Shown piece by piece: positions 22,001-31,314 of a stretch of 64,000 bases of DNA. The notes under the pieces were generated by a model. That model searched no databases and was not told where the DNA came from. It worked only from the letters and a program-made list of their open reading frames with translations. Each line of letters starts with the position of its first letter. The stretch's first letter is position 1. Both the position numbers and the translations under genes were made by a program. The stretch lies in the IMG/VR virus record IMGVR_UViG_3300046171_000193, positions 64,001-128,000 of that record; one strand, given 5' to 3'. The DNA comes from a virus.

Positions 22001-23247
22001 CATTGTATTATAATTGGGATAGTGCTTCATCTGCTTCTACAATGAGAGGACAAATTAACATTGTTAATCCTCCATTCATCGACGCTCAGTCATATAACGT
22101 TTATACGTCTGGTGGTCAAATCAGATTGATGGACTCAGGCGATTATTTTGACTCTGCTCATTGGAACGCTGAAGCACCAACTGCTAGTGTAATTAATACG
22201 CAGCCATCAGAAGACAAAATCTATATTGAGAACATGACGTTCCCTGGATTTACCGGTGGTGAGACAATTACACAAGGCGCAGTATCTGCTAGCATTGTTA
22301 ATAGTAACTTCATTAGAGGACAATATGGCTATATTGTAGCACTAGATACTTTGACAGGACAACCAAAACCTGGCCAATCTATCTCATTTGCTGATGATCA
22401 GGATAGTGCTGGATACGGAAGAGCATATGTTGTTTCTAGTGTAACCGGATACGACTCATCGACGGCTCAAGCAACACTAACATTATCACAGCAAAAACTT
22501 GAGACAAACGCTTCGGCTGATGACGCTGTCGCAACAATTAGAACTAATTATTCTCAGGTACGATTAACAGGTCACGATTTCTTGAGCGTGGGTACTGGTG
22601 GAGTAACTACAACAAATTATCCTGGAACTCCAACTCAACCTGCTTCTCAAGGTAACGAAGTTATTGAGACTGCTCCAGGTCGAGTTTACTTTATTTCGAC
22701 CGACCAAGATGGTAACTTTAGAGTTGGTAATTATTTCCGAATCGATCAGGCTACTGGACGAGCAACATTGGATGCATCTGCATTTGATCTTTCTGGTTTG
22801 ACGTCATTGAGACTTGGTTCAATTGGTGCACAAATTGGTGAATCAATTAACGAGTTCTCATCAGATGCAACGTTATCTGGTAACTCAAACCTTGCTGTTC
22901 CAACGGAGAAAGCAACTAAAGGTTATGTAGATGAAGCACTTAATTCTTTGGTTGATGCAATAGGTGCTGGAAATTATGACTCTGCTAATACTACATGGGC
23001 GACTGGTGCAAATACAGGAAATCCATTCCTTGACTCTGATCGTGGAGACTCTGGCGGAAGAAGAGCATTAGGATATACTATTGGACCGATAACTGTTTCT
23101 GAGATAGATTACGATTCGTATACCGATGAAGTTAAATCTTATAAAGAAAAAATGGTTTTAGGATTTGGATTTACAGAAGAAAAAAGCGTTTCTATTACAT
23201 ATAATAGCGACGGATCAATAGAACGAATACAAACGACCGTGTTATAA
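19056..23247 (+). CDS. Large fibre/spike protein with N-terminal carbohydrate-binding-like repeats and a beta-helix-like domain; split in the read by a 1-bp indel near 20647
   Basis: Removing one A from gattcgaaataaaacaatg gives ...PAAGDSNKTMFFVN, joining ORFs 19056..20651 and 20599..23247. C-terminal QVRLTGHDFLSVGTG, STDQDGNFRVG, INEFSSD, VPTEKA. Confidence 0.7.
19086..20310 (+). repeat. Eight ~50-aa repeats (G.W/Y.S...Y...D.V.YG..Y....W), CBM5/12-like
   Basis: Units start FEYRGEW, FKFEGAY, IQYEGTW, ISFDDAY, QEWRDSY, FLPKGAW, VNTRGSW, INYRAGGY. Confidence 0.75.
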
Positions 23248-23262
23248 TGGTAGAGGTAAAAA

Positions 23263-24510
23263 ATGGCAATTAATGTTTTACAATATAATCAGCTGATAAA
23301 ATCTGTTAATGCTAAGAGCGATCAGATTGCGACTCAACGGCGTATAAGAGACTCAGCAGATTCTGCGATAGGAACTCTTCCTGCTCAAATAACGGCATTA
23401 GCAGATTCTATTGCAAATTACGATAGTTTAATTGACAGTGCTCAGCAGTATGTAGCCAACTTTGGAGGAGATTTAAGCCTACTTGGGCTATGCGACTGCC
23501 ATTTTATGTTTTATTCTAGTCCTGTAGAATGCGTATGCACGTGGCAATATATTGTAGATTTATGCGATTATGCTGGATATTCGAGTGTAGGATGTCTGTG
23601 TCTTGATGGAGTTACTACTAACTGCTGTCATGGGCAATGTGGATTTAATTGTAACTGGACAGTTCCAGCTGGTACTAATAGAGTACAATTTGAAATCTGG
23701 GGACCGGGTGCTTCTACTACTTGGGGATCTTGTTGCGCATTTAGCCCCAATGGTATAACTGGTGCATACTTGTCTCAAATTATTTGTGTCTCTCCAGGTG
23801 ATACATTTTGTCTTCAATCAGGATGTGCTATTTGCTGTTATGCAAAAGGCTGTGAAGGTGGTTATCCAGCTAGTAATATAGGAACTCATAGTGCGGTATA
23901 CGGTTGTACTACTGCAACAGGCTCGGCTGTTTGTATGTGTATGTGTGCAATGAGCGGATATTCTAATCTGGCATGTGAAATGGTAGAACGTGATGGTTGT
24001 TGTGGTGCTTGGACTCAAGGATACTGCAGAGGCTATTGGAATTCTGGTAATTGTCTATGCACTCAAGGTCACTGGATGTGCTTTGAGAACAGCCGAGGAA
24101 TGTTCGGTTATGAAGGCCACCAAGGACAAGGTGGCTACTGTCAATGTACAATGCCCTATATGCCTTCTAGATGTACAGTTGCATATACATCAATTAACAC
24201 CGGTTCTTGGAATGACATTAGAGTGCCTAACACTTGTTTTACAGTTCCTGGTATCCTTTCAAAAGGATTTTTTAGTAACGACAACTACGGAAATGCGTGT
24301 TCTCAAGGTACTCCTAAATTCCCATGTATTCAATGTGATTGCTTTACTTCACAAACATGTTGGGGTGGACAGGCCTGCCAAAACTGTTGTGGCTATAGGC
24401 GAATTCCAGGTGCAGGTGGGGCGGTGAACCACGCAATGGGTGGTGGTACTGCTTGGTGTGGTGATATTGGCCGCGGCGGCGCAGTATACTTACGATGGGG
24501 TTGCATATAA
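23263..24510 (+). CDS. Cys-rich glycine-rich-domain adhesin / fibre-tip-like protein, copy 1
   Basis: WTVPAGTNRVQFEIWGPG...GAY...VSPG...GRGGAVYLRW scaffold; 44 Cys in 415 aa (hand count). Confidence 0.65.
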   Translation: MAINVLQYNQLIKSVNAKSDQIATQRRIRDSADSAIGTLPAQITALADSIANYDSLIDSAQQYVANFGGDLSLLGLCDCHFMFYSSPVECVCTWQYIVDLCDYAGYSSVGCLCLDGVTTNCCHGQCGFNCNWTVPAGTNRVQFEIWGPGASTTWGSCCAFSPNGITGAYLSQIICVSPGDTFCLQSGCAICCYAKGCEGGYPASNIGTHSAVYGCTTATGSAVCMCMCAMSGYSNLACEMVERDGCCGAWTQGYCRGYWNSGNCLCTQGHWMCFENSRGMFGYEGHQGQGGYCQCTMPYMPSRCTVAYTSINTGSWNDIRVPNTCFTVPGILSKGFFSNDNYGNACSQGTPKFPCIQCDCFTSQTCWGGQACQNCCGYRRIPGAGGAVNHAMGGGTAWCGDIGRGGAVYLRWGCI

Positions 24511-24516
24511 TATGAG

Positions 24517-24524
24517 TATAAATA
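24517..24524 (+). promoter_or_regulatory. Late promoter TATAAATA
   Basis: Exact motif, intergenic. Confidence 0.7.
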
Positions 24525-24566
24525 AACAAAACAAACAAATTCTTAATTCTCTAAGAGGGATATAAA

Positions 24567-25409
24567 ATGCCAATTACTATTACATATCCAATTCCTGATG
24601 AGCCATATGTCAACTCTTGGGATGCAGGTAAAACAACAACTACAGTATATAATGGACCAAACGATGTTACATTGTATGCTAATCAAGACGGTTCAGTATT
24701 TGCAACTTCGTTCGATATGGATAGCGATGCAGCTCACGCTTTTAATAGCGATCCTGTAGCGGGAGATGGAGCTCCTACTTTAAATATTAGACTAGATGCT
24801 ACTTCAGGAAATAAACATGCGGCTGCGTGTTGGATATTAAGACATTTCCATTCACAAGATAGTGAGAATGCTGAGTGTATGAATATGCCTCATGACGAGA
24901 TAGAAGAAGATGCGACTCTTGCAGCAGATAATTCTGTAACATATAAAAGAGTGACAAATCCAAATCTTCATAAAGTATATGAGCTTTTTGTAAGCAAAGA
25001 CGTCGATTCTAATGGAGATAAATTTGATAATATTCTATTTAGACAGATAACAAGATCTGCAGAATCTCATAACGCTTTCTTAGCTAAACAGCGATTGCAT
25101 AATGTTAGGCATTATTATGAAACCTACGATCTTGGTCCAGCAGGTGAATCAGACGCAGCTTCCTATATAACAAGATTAAATACTTATATAGCCGGAGAAG
25201 AAGGTAAATGGCCATGGGCATATACAACTCATCCTTCAAGAACTGAAGTTCCTAAAGTTCCGCTAACTGTGGCTACAGCAATTACTACTGTAAAACAAAA
25301 TGAGCTTTTAGACAATTCAGGCGGTGAACTTAATCAATATCCTGGGAATTCACCTTATGAGTTACCTACACCAGCTAATTCACCAGAAGTTTTCAAAGAT
25401 TTTAATTAA
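24567..25409 (+). CDS. Hypothetical protein, possible fibre-assembly partner of the Cys-rich proteins
   Basis: TYPIPDEPY N-terminus; lies between the two Cys-rich paralogues. Confidence 0.5.
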   Translation: MPITITYPIPDEPYVNSWDAGKTTTTVYNGPNDVTLYANQDGSVFATSFDMDSDAAHAFNSDPVAGDGAPTLNIRLDATSGNKHAAACWILRHFHSQDSENAECMNMPHDEIEEDATLAADNSVTYKRVTNPNLHKVYELFVSKDVDSNGDKFDNILFRQITRSAESHNAFLAKQRLHNVRHYYETYDLGPAGESDAASYITRLNTYIAGEEGKWPWAYTTHPSRTEVPKVPLTVATAITTVKQNELLDNSGGELNQYPGNSPYELPTPANSPEVFKDFN

Positions 25410-25420
25410 AGGAATAGAGT

Positions 25421-26617
25421 ATGGCAGACGTATTATATTACGCAGCATTAGATAAGTACTTGTATGCCGATACTCAGTTGGCCGCGGCGCAAGATCAGGC
25501 AACTAGAGCAGTAAATAGATTTAACACTGCTAATAACCAAGTCACCGCTTGCCAAACATGTTTAAACTGCTGCAAATGCTGTTATTGTTGCGAAGAATAC
25601 AATAAAGTAAACGCCTCTCAAGGATTAGAGGACTTAACTACTTTAAACACGTGTCTTCGAACTGACTCAATGATAGGTCGAACCCAGTATTGTAGAGCTT
25701 GGAATTGTATTCCAGATCCTTATGTAGAAGGAGCTAGTGGAATCACAACAATTTGGGTAGCAGATCAAACGGTGGCTAATCCAGGATGTTGTTGCTGTAG
25801 TGGATATTGGAGATGCGGTTTTTGTTGTCAATTTACTGTACCATCTGGCGTGTCAAAAGTTCAGTTTACAGGTTGGGGTCCAGGTAATAGTAGTGGAGGC
25901 ATATCCGGTTGCGGCGGTTCTCCATACGGTGGTACTGGTGCATTCTTCACAGTAAATCTACCAGTGACTGCTGGAGAACAATATACAGTTTGTGCTGGAT
26001 GTGCTTATTGCTGCTATGTAGGCCAAAACGACACCTATTACACAAACGGCGGTCCTACGTATATACAGGGCCCTGGCATGTGTAACGTTTGTGCTAACCC
26101 TGGCAGACACAGTTTTATGCAAATTGTTTCATTTCAAGGAGGCACGTCTTGCTGTTGTAGAGCTGCTGCACCTTGGTGTTGGGATTCAGGTGGATGCTGG
26201 TGTCAGTGTTCAACATACTATTGCTTTGATAACTCTTGTGCGTCATGCGGAATGGTTGGTAACGTTTCAAATAGAATGTATGCTTATGGATGTTCACCAA
26301 GATCGGTTATATATAAAGTTCCTGGACACTGGGGCGGTTGGTGCTATGATACAAACCACTACGGATATACCTTTGAGCCAGGAGTTCCATTCATGTGTAA
26401 CTCAAATTATAATGGAACATGTTGCGTAGGATGTTGTTTTGGTTGGTCAAGCGGAACATGTTATGGAAAATGTTGTGCTGCATGTTGTACCAACGGATCC
26501 GGCTGGAGACGCTGGCCAGGATTAGGTGGAACAATGACTCATACCATGGGTGGTAACGGTAACTGCGGAGACTCTGGAAGAATGGGAGCGGTAAGAATCA
26601 CTTATCAAACCCCTTAA
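25421..26617 (+). CDS. Cys-rich glycine-rich-domain adhesin / fibre-tip-like protein, copy 2
   Basis: FTVPSGVSKVQFTGWGPG...CAGCAYCC...GDSGRMGAVRITY; 48 Cys in 398 aa (hand count). Confidence 0.65.
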   Translation: MADVLYYAALDKYLYADTQLAAAQDQATRAVNRFNTANNQVTACQTCLNCCKCCYCCEEYNKVNASQGLEDLTTLNTCLRTDSMIGRTQYCRAWNCIPDPYVEGASGITTIWVADQTVANPGCCCCSGYWRCGFCCQFTVPSGVSKVQFTGWGPGNSSGGISGCGGSPYGGTGAFFTVNLPVTAGEQYTVCAGCAYCCYVGQNDTYYTNGGPTYIQGPGMCNVCANPGRHSFMQIVSFQGGTSCCCRAAAPWCWDSGGCWCQCSTYYCFDNSCASCGMVGNVSNRMYAYGCSPRSVIYKVPGHWGGWCYDTNHYGYTFEPGVPFMCNSNYNGTCCVGCCFGWSSGTCYGKCCAACCTNGSGWRRWPGLGGTMTHTMGGNGNCGDSGRMGAVRITYQTP

Positions 26618-26625
26618 TAAATAGG

Positions 26626-26654
26626 TGTACAATATGAAATTATTATGGTATAAT
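26626..26654 (+). promoter_or_regulatory. Sigma70-like early/middle promoter TGTACA-N17-TATAAT for the SGNH-GT9-carbamoyltransferase unit
   Basis: Matches the motif found before gp55, gp45, gp44 and gp43. Confidence 0.55.
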
Positions 26655-26735
26655 ATTAAAAATTACTTTAAAAGAAGAAGTAAATTGAAAAAAATGAAAG
26701 CGAAAGACCCATTTATTTATGAGTACTACAAATAA
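26634..26735 (+). CDS. Possible 33-aa basic peptide MKLLWYNIKNYFKRRSKLKKMKAKDPFIYEYYK
   Basis: AGGTG RBS upstream; below the ORF-track cutoff; overlaps the promoter candidate. Confidence 0.4.
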   Translation: MKLLWYNIKNYFKRRSKLKKMKAKDPFIYEYYK

Positions 26736-27615
26736 CAATAATTTTTGGTTGTTCGGTGATAGTTTTACGGCCGGACAACCAGAAGATCCTCCTGCAGCTA
26801 GTTTAAGCTGGTTTAGGCAAGTTCACGCTAAAATTAATGAAACTACAAGAAAAGATATTGATCTTCATAACTTTTCGGCAACTGGCTCTTCTATAGAATA
26901 TACTTTCAAAAACATATTACAGGCAGTTCCTCATATGCAACCAGGGGATTTTGCTGTTTTTCAATTGACTCAATCCTCGCGAAGATGGTTTGTAAAAGAT
27001 CGTCCTGATTGGGGAAACATTCATATGCGTGAAGGATACAATCTTCATGATATAAAACCAATAGTGACAGCAATTGATATGTATAAAGAGCATCTACAAG
27101 ATGATCTTAATGATCAAGCTCTTTATCAAAGTTTTATTGGGTTTTGTAATTATATAGCGTCAATAAAACGCTTAAGATATGTTGTAATTCCTGGATTTCC
27201 TGAAGCTCATATTGAAGGAATCCCTGTAATGCCTCATGTAGAAGTTTCCGGAAATCTGACCAAAATATCTACTGAAGAATTTGGAAGTGATCAAGACGAG
27301 CATACCAATTTGTGGAAACAAATTATGATAGAGAAATGGCAAGGATGTGACCAAAGATTAAACCATTTAAGCCCAGAAAATCATGAACTAGTTGCATACA
27401 GAGTATACGAAACATTAATGACTGGAAAAAGGCTAGATTTAATTTCTGACTTTAAGAAAGATTGCGTAAACTTAGATAACTGGAAAGAAGTAAATAAGGG
27501 TAATATATATAGTCATGTATTATCGATAGACGAAGATGGAAATGTAAGAGATCCTGATGGAGATATCGTAAATACAATGCAAGCCTCTCATTGGTGGGAT
27601 GCAATGAAAAAATGA
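26719..27615 (+). CDS. SGNH/GDSL hydrolase-like protein
   Basis: FGDSF block I, G..S block II, C-terminal D...NHLS. Confidence 0.6.
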   Translation: MSTTNNNNFWLFGDSFTAGQPEDPPAASLSWFRQVHAKINETTRKDIDLHNFSATGSSIEYTFKNILQAVPHMQPGDFAVFQLTQSSRRWFVKDRPDWGNIHMREGYNLHDIKPIVTAIDMYKEHLQDDLNDQALYQSFIGFCNYIASIKRLRYVVIPGFPEAHIEGIPVMPHVEVSGNLTKISTEEFGSDQDEHTNLWKQIMIEKWQGCDQRLNHLSPENHELVAYRVYETLMTGKRLDLISDFKKDCVNLDNWKEVNKGNIYSHVLSIDEDGNVRDPDGDIVNTMQASHWWDAMKK

Positions 27616-27634
27616 ATGAACAAGTAACTACTTT

Positions 27635-28555
27635 ATGGAGTATACAATGGATAAAGCCTTCTTCGTTAACGGCGGGGCCGGAAGAGTTCTATGTGCAATT
27701 CCTGCACTAGAAAAACATATCAAAGAAAATCCAGATGCTATTATTATAGCTGAAGCCTGGCCAGAACTTTATCTAATGAGTCCTACTCTTAGAGATAAAT
27801 CGTATGTTCCTACAACAAAAAATCTATTTGAAACTTTCTTAGCTAATCGAGAATGTATTAGCCCTGAGCCGTATAGGCTTAATGCATATTATACTCAAAA
27901 ATGTAGTATGTCTCAGGCCTTTGATATACTAATTAACGAACATGATGATATTCCAGAACCTATGGACTTAAATTTAGAGCTATCTAAAAGAGATCAGGTA
28001 TTCGGTTATAATTTTGTTGAAGATGCTAAAAACAATATGCGTAAGAAAAAGTCTATTGTTTTTCAGCCTTTTGGTTCAGGTGCTACACTTGAGGGAAGAT
28101 TTATAATTGATTCTACAGGAAGAAGCTTTGAGTTATCTGATGTTCTTTGGTTCATTGATAAACTTAAAGAAGAATATGCTATTATTATGATGAGCTCTTT
28201 TCCTATTCCAACTGATAAAGATCTAGGAATTATGATGCCTAAAGATTTGGGGCTTATTCAATGGGCAGCAATTGTAAATGCTACTGATGGATTTTTTGGT
28301 TGTGATTCTGTAGGACAACACTTTGCAAATGCTTTAAATAAGCCAGCAACCGTTGTAATTGGAGGAACTAATCCAGAAAGTATTAGTTATCCTAATAATA
28401 AAGATTTTAATATATTTGATCTTGGTGAAGGAAAAAGAAAATTCTCTCCTATGAGAGTATCTTTTGATCCATCATATGATTTAAACAATGAAGGTTTAAT
28501 GATAATGGATGATAAGAAAAAAAATGAAATACTTAATGTAGTGAAGGAATATTAA
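27635..28555 (+). CDS. GT-B glycosyltransferase, GT9 (ADP-heptose transferase)-like
   Basis: GGAGRVLCAIPAL (cf. xGDxxxxxP), IVFQPFG, FFGCDSVGQHFANALNKPATVVIGGT (cf. DSGxxHxAxAxxxPxxxxFGxT). Confidence 0.65.
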   Translation: MEYTMDKAFFVNGGAGRVLCAIPALEKHIKENPDAIIIAEAWPELYLMSPTLRDKSYVPTTKNLFETFLANRECISPEPYRLNAYYTQKCSMSQAFDILINEHDDIPEPMDLNLELSKRDQVFGYNFVEDAKNNMRKKKSIVFQPFGSGATLEGRFIIDSTGRSFELSDVLWFIDKLKEEYAIIMMSSFPIPTDKDLGIMMPKDLGLIQWAAIVNATDGFFGCDSVGQHFANALNKPATVVIGGTNPESISYPNNKDFNIFDLGEGKRKFSPMRVSFDPSYDLNNEGLMIMDDKKKNEILNVVKEY

Positions 28556-28556
28556 G

Positions 28557-30389
28557 ATGAGTACAGGATATATTTTATCTGTTACAAGAGGACATAATGG
28601 AGGAGCTTGTCTTTTAAAAGATGGAGAAATTGTTTTTCACATAGAAGAAGAAAGGTTAACCCGTCACAAATATGATGGTGGTCCTTATGCATCTTTAATT
28701 AAAACCTTAGAATATACAAATAAGATTGATTATCTTGTTATTGCTCATACTCAGCCATTAGATCAATCTGCTTCAGTAGACTTTTCTGGTGATGACGTCT
28801 ATACAGGATTAGCAAGAAAATTAGGATTAATTGAACGACGGAGAGATACTCGCAATCACCCACAAGTGCTAGACTATTCTCACATACACCACAAGCTTCA
28901 TGCCGCTGCTGCTTTTTATAGATCGGGATGGACTGATGCAGTTGCCGTAATCGTAGATGGGGCAGGTACATTTGCAAATATGGAATTTCAAAGCGGTATG
29001 GGTCCTAGAGCAGAAATAACATATGAAATTGAAAGCATTATTGATTGTGGATATCCACATAAGTTTGCAAACTTATATAAGCATCATGGCCATGCTGCTG
29101 ATATTCCTCCAATGCTGACTCGTAATTTTCAATCTCAAGATGAGCTAGGAACTGACTCTTTTGATATGTTAGTATCTGATCGTGCAGGTATTACAAAAAC
29201 ATATGAGAGTGTTACGGAATATTGTGGATTTTCGGCGATTGAGGCTGGTAAAACTATGGGCTTAGCTCCGTATGGTAAGCCTAATCCAGATCTTCCTCCT
29301 ATGTTTGAACCTGCATATATCGACGGAGAGAATTTTTTCTTAGCAAATCGTGGTAAATTTATACCAACATATCCTAATTCTGCTATTTATGTTGGTGGAA
29401 CTAATAGGGTATCAGGTCATAATTTGCATAGACAACAAGGGCAGGATCTTACTACTTTAGAAAATAGAAGAGATGTTGCGTATCAAGTTCAGCATGAAAC
29501 ACAGGCTCAAGTGCTTAGATTAATTAAAAAAGCAGTTGATATGTCTGGAAAAACTCAAGTTGTTTTATCTGGAGGATACGGATTAAACTGTGTAGCTAAT
29601 TATGAATATTTAAAAGATTTACAAGAAAAAGGCATTGAATTATATGTTGAACCTATTTCTAGTGATGCTGGTACGTGTATTGGAGGAGCTCTTCTTTGTT
29701 ATCATTTAAATACTGCTATTACTGGAGAAGGTCGATATAAATTAACTAGAAGTTGCTATTTAGGTCCAGAACAAAAATATAACTTAGATGATGTTAAATC
29801 TCTTGTTCCTCAAGATTCAGAGATAAAAGAAAATGTTAAATATTCTGATGTAGTTGATATTATTAAAGATAATACTATTGTGACTATTTTTCAAGGAAGA
29901 TCTGAATCTGGTCCAAGGGCATTAGGTAATAGAAGTATATTATATAATCCTGCAGATCCTAATGGCAAAGATCATGTAAATCAAGTAAAACGAAGAGAAT
30001 ATTTTAGACCGTTTGCCGGTACAATTCTTGAAGAAGACGTTCATGATTGGTTTGATTTGCGAGGCATGGAATCTAGTCCACATATGATGTATGCCGTAGA
30101 TTGTAAAGAAGGTGTGGGAGAAAAAATTCCTTCAATTATCCACGTCGACGGAACTTGTAGAATTCAAACTGTAAACGAAGAACAAAATCCTCACTATTAT
30201 AATTTGATAAAAGAGTTTAAAAAACAAACTGGAATTCCAGTAATTTTTAATACATCGTTTAATTTAGGTGGAGAACCTCTTGTGGAAACATTAGAAGATG
30301 CAGTTAATACTCTGGTAAATTCAGCGATTGAACACTTATATTTACCAGAGTTAAATGTTCTAGTTACTATTGCCAATTCAGAGGATTAG
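28557..30389 (+). CDS. Carbamoyltransferase, NodU/CmcH family, full length
   Basis: EEERLTRHKYD, HHKLHAA, VDGAG, AGKTMGLAPYG, SGGYGLNC, ESGPRALGNRS, REYFRPFA, HVDGTCRIQTV, NTSFN. Confidence 0.9.
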   Translation: MSTGYILSVTRGHNGGACLLKDGEIVFHIEEERLTRHKYDGGPYASLIKTLEYTNKIDYLVIAHTQPLDQSASVDFSGDDVYTGLARKLGLIERRRDTRNHPQVLDYSHIHHKLHAAAAFYRSGWTDAVAVIVDGAGTFANMEFQSGMGPRAEITYEIESIIDCGYPHKFANLYKHHGHAADIPPMLTRNFQSQDELGTDSFDMLVSDRAGITKTYESVTEYCGFSAIEAGKTMGLAPYGKPNPDLPPMFEPAYIDGENFFLANRGKFIPTYPNSAIYVGGTNRVSGHNLHRQQGQDLTTLENRRDVAYQVQHETQAQVLRLIKKAVDMSGKTQVVLSGGYGLNCVANYEYLKDLQEKGIELYVEPISSDAGTCIGGALLCYHLNTAITGEGRYKLTRSCYLGPEQKYNLDDVKSLVPQDSEIKENVKYSDVVDIIKDNTIVTIFQGRSESGPRALGNRSILYNPADPNGKDHVNQVKRREYFRPFAGTILEEDVHDWFDLRGMESSPHMMYAVDCKEGVGEKIPSIIHVDGTCRIQTVNEEQNPHYYNLIKEFKKQTGIPVIFNTSFNLGGEPLVETLEDAVNTLVNSAIEHLYLPELNVLVTIANSED

Positions 30390-31314
30390 GATCATCCATA
30401 TCTAAGTCAGATAAAAATTGAATGATTTCTGTCCAATCAAAATCACCACCTAAGGCTGCCTCTAACATTTTAGGGTTGGCCTTAGTGTAGTATTGATAAT
30501 GCGCTTTAAGATTTTCTGGCATTTCTTTTTTATATACACTAAACCCCTTATATTTTGTCATGATATTAGCTAAATGTTCAAAGCTATAGCATATTCCTGT
30601 TCCTACATTATAAATTCCAGAATATGGAAGATCTAACATTCTCCTATGTATTTCACATATATCTTTTACGTGAACAAAATCCCTAAACATTGATTTGCTA
30701 TCTTCAAATATTTCCGCTTTATTATCTCTTATCCATTTACTAACGACACTAGCTTGTTCACCCTTATGTTCTTCATGCGGGCCATACACATTAAAATATC
30801 TAAAGCCTTTAATATGGATAGGTATATTAACCCTTAACGTATCTTTTACTAATCTATCAAACATGTATTTAGACCAGGCGTATGCATTCTGAGGGTCTGG
30901 TAAACCTTCTTCATGCGTACCATCATGATCCATTGGATCAAGTATAGGGTTTCCGCCAGTTTCATAAAGTTCGTCTTGCCTTGATTTAATTTCATCTAAA
31001 GTAAAACCATTCTTTTTTCCATATACCGAAGCTGAAGATGCATATTGAAAATCTACTTTATGTTCTAGACATTGCATCAGAAGTTTATAACTAAAATTAT
31101 AATTGTGATCTAATATTAGATCGACATCAGTTTCCGTTGTACTCGAGATAGCTCCTAGATGTATAACTTCATCTATTGAATCCATAATTGTTGCATCAGG
31201 AATTGCATATGGAGTATTCCATTCTATAGTTTCTATATTATTATTATTAAAGTACTCTACTAGATTTTTTCCAATAAATCCTTCTGTACCAGTTATTAAC
31301 ACTCTTTTTTTCAT
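30367..31314 (-). CDS. hldD: ADP-L-glycero-D-manno-heptose 6-epimerase-like extended SDR
   Basis: TGTEGFIG, HLGAISSTTE, YASSASVYG, YAWSK, RYFNVYGP.E.HKG, RDFVHV, YQYYTKA. The reverse complement of 31281-31314 reads ATG AAA AAA AGA GTG..., so the gene is on the minus strand and the ORF-track '+' is wrong. Confidence 0.88.
   Translation of the reverse strand: MKKRVLITGTEGFIGKNLVEYFNNNNIETIEWNTPYAIPDATIMDSIDEVIHLGAISSTTETDVDLILDHNYNFSYKLLMQCLEHKVDFQYASSASVYGKKNGFTLDEIKSRQDELYETGGNPILDPMDHDGTHEEGLPDPQNAYAWSKYMFDRLVKDTLRVNIPIHIKGFRYFNVYGPHEEHKGEQASVVSKWIRDNKAEIFEDSKSMFRDFVHVKDICEIHRRMLDLPYSGIYNVGTGICYSFEHLANIMTKYKGFSVYKKEMPENLKAHYQYYTKANPKMLEAALGGDFDWTEIIQFLSDLDMDDPNPLNWQ

Noticed and set aside
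23263-26617. Cys-rich paralogues as diversity-generating retroelement targets or selenoproteins
   Set aside because: No reverse transcriptase, no near-identical template/variable repeat pair, and no in-frame TGA seen in the window.
30367-31314. ORF track lists the heptose epimerase on the + strand
   Set aside because: The translation matches the reverse complement (CAT at 31312-31314, TTA at 30367-30369); the gene is on the minus strand.
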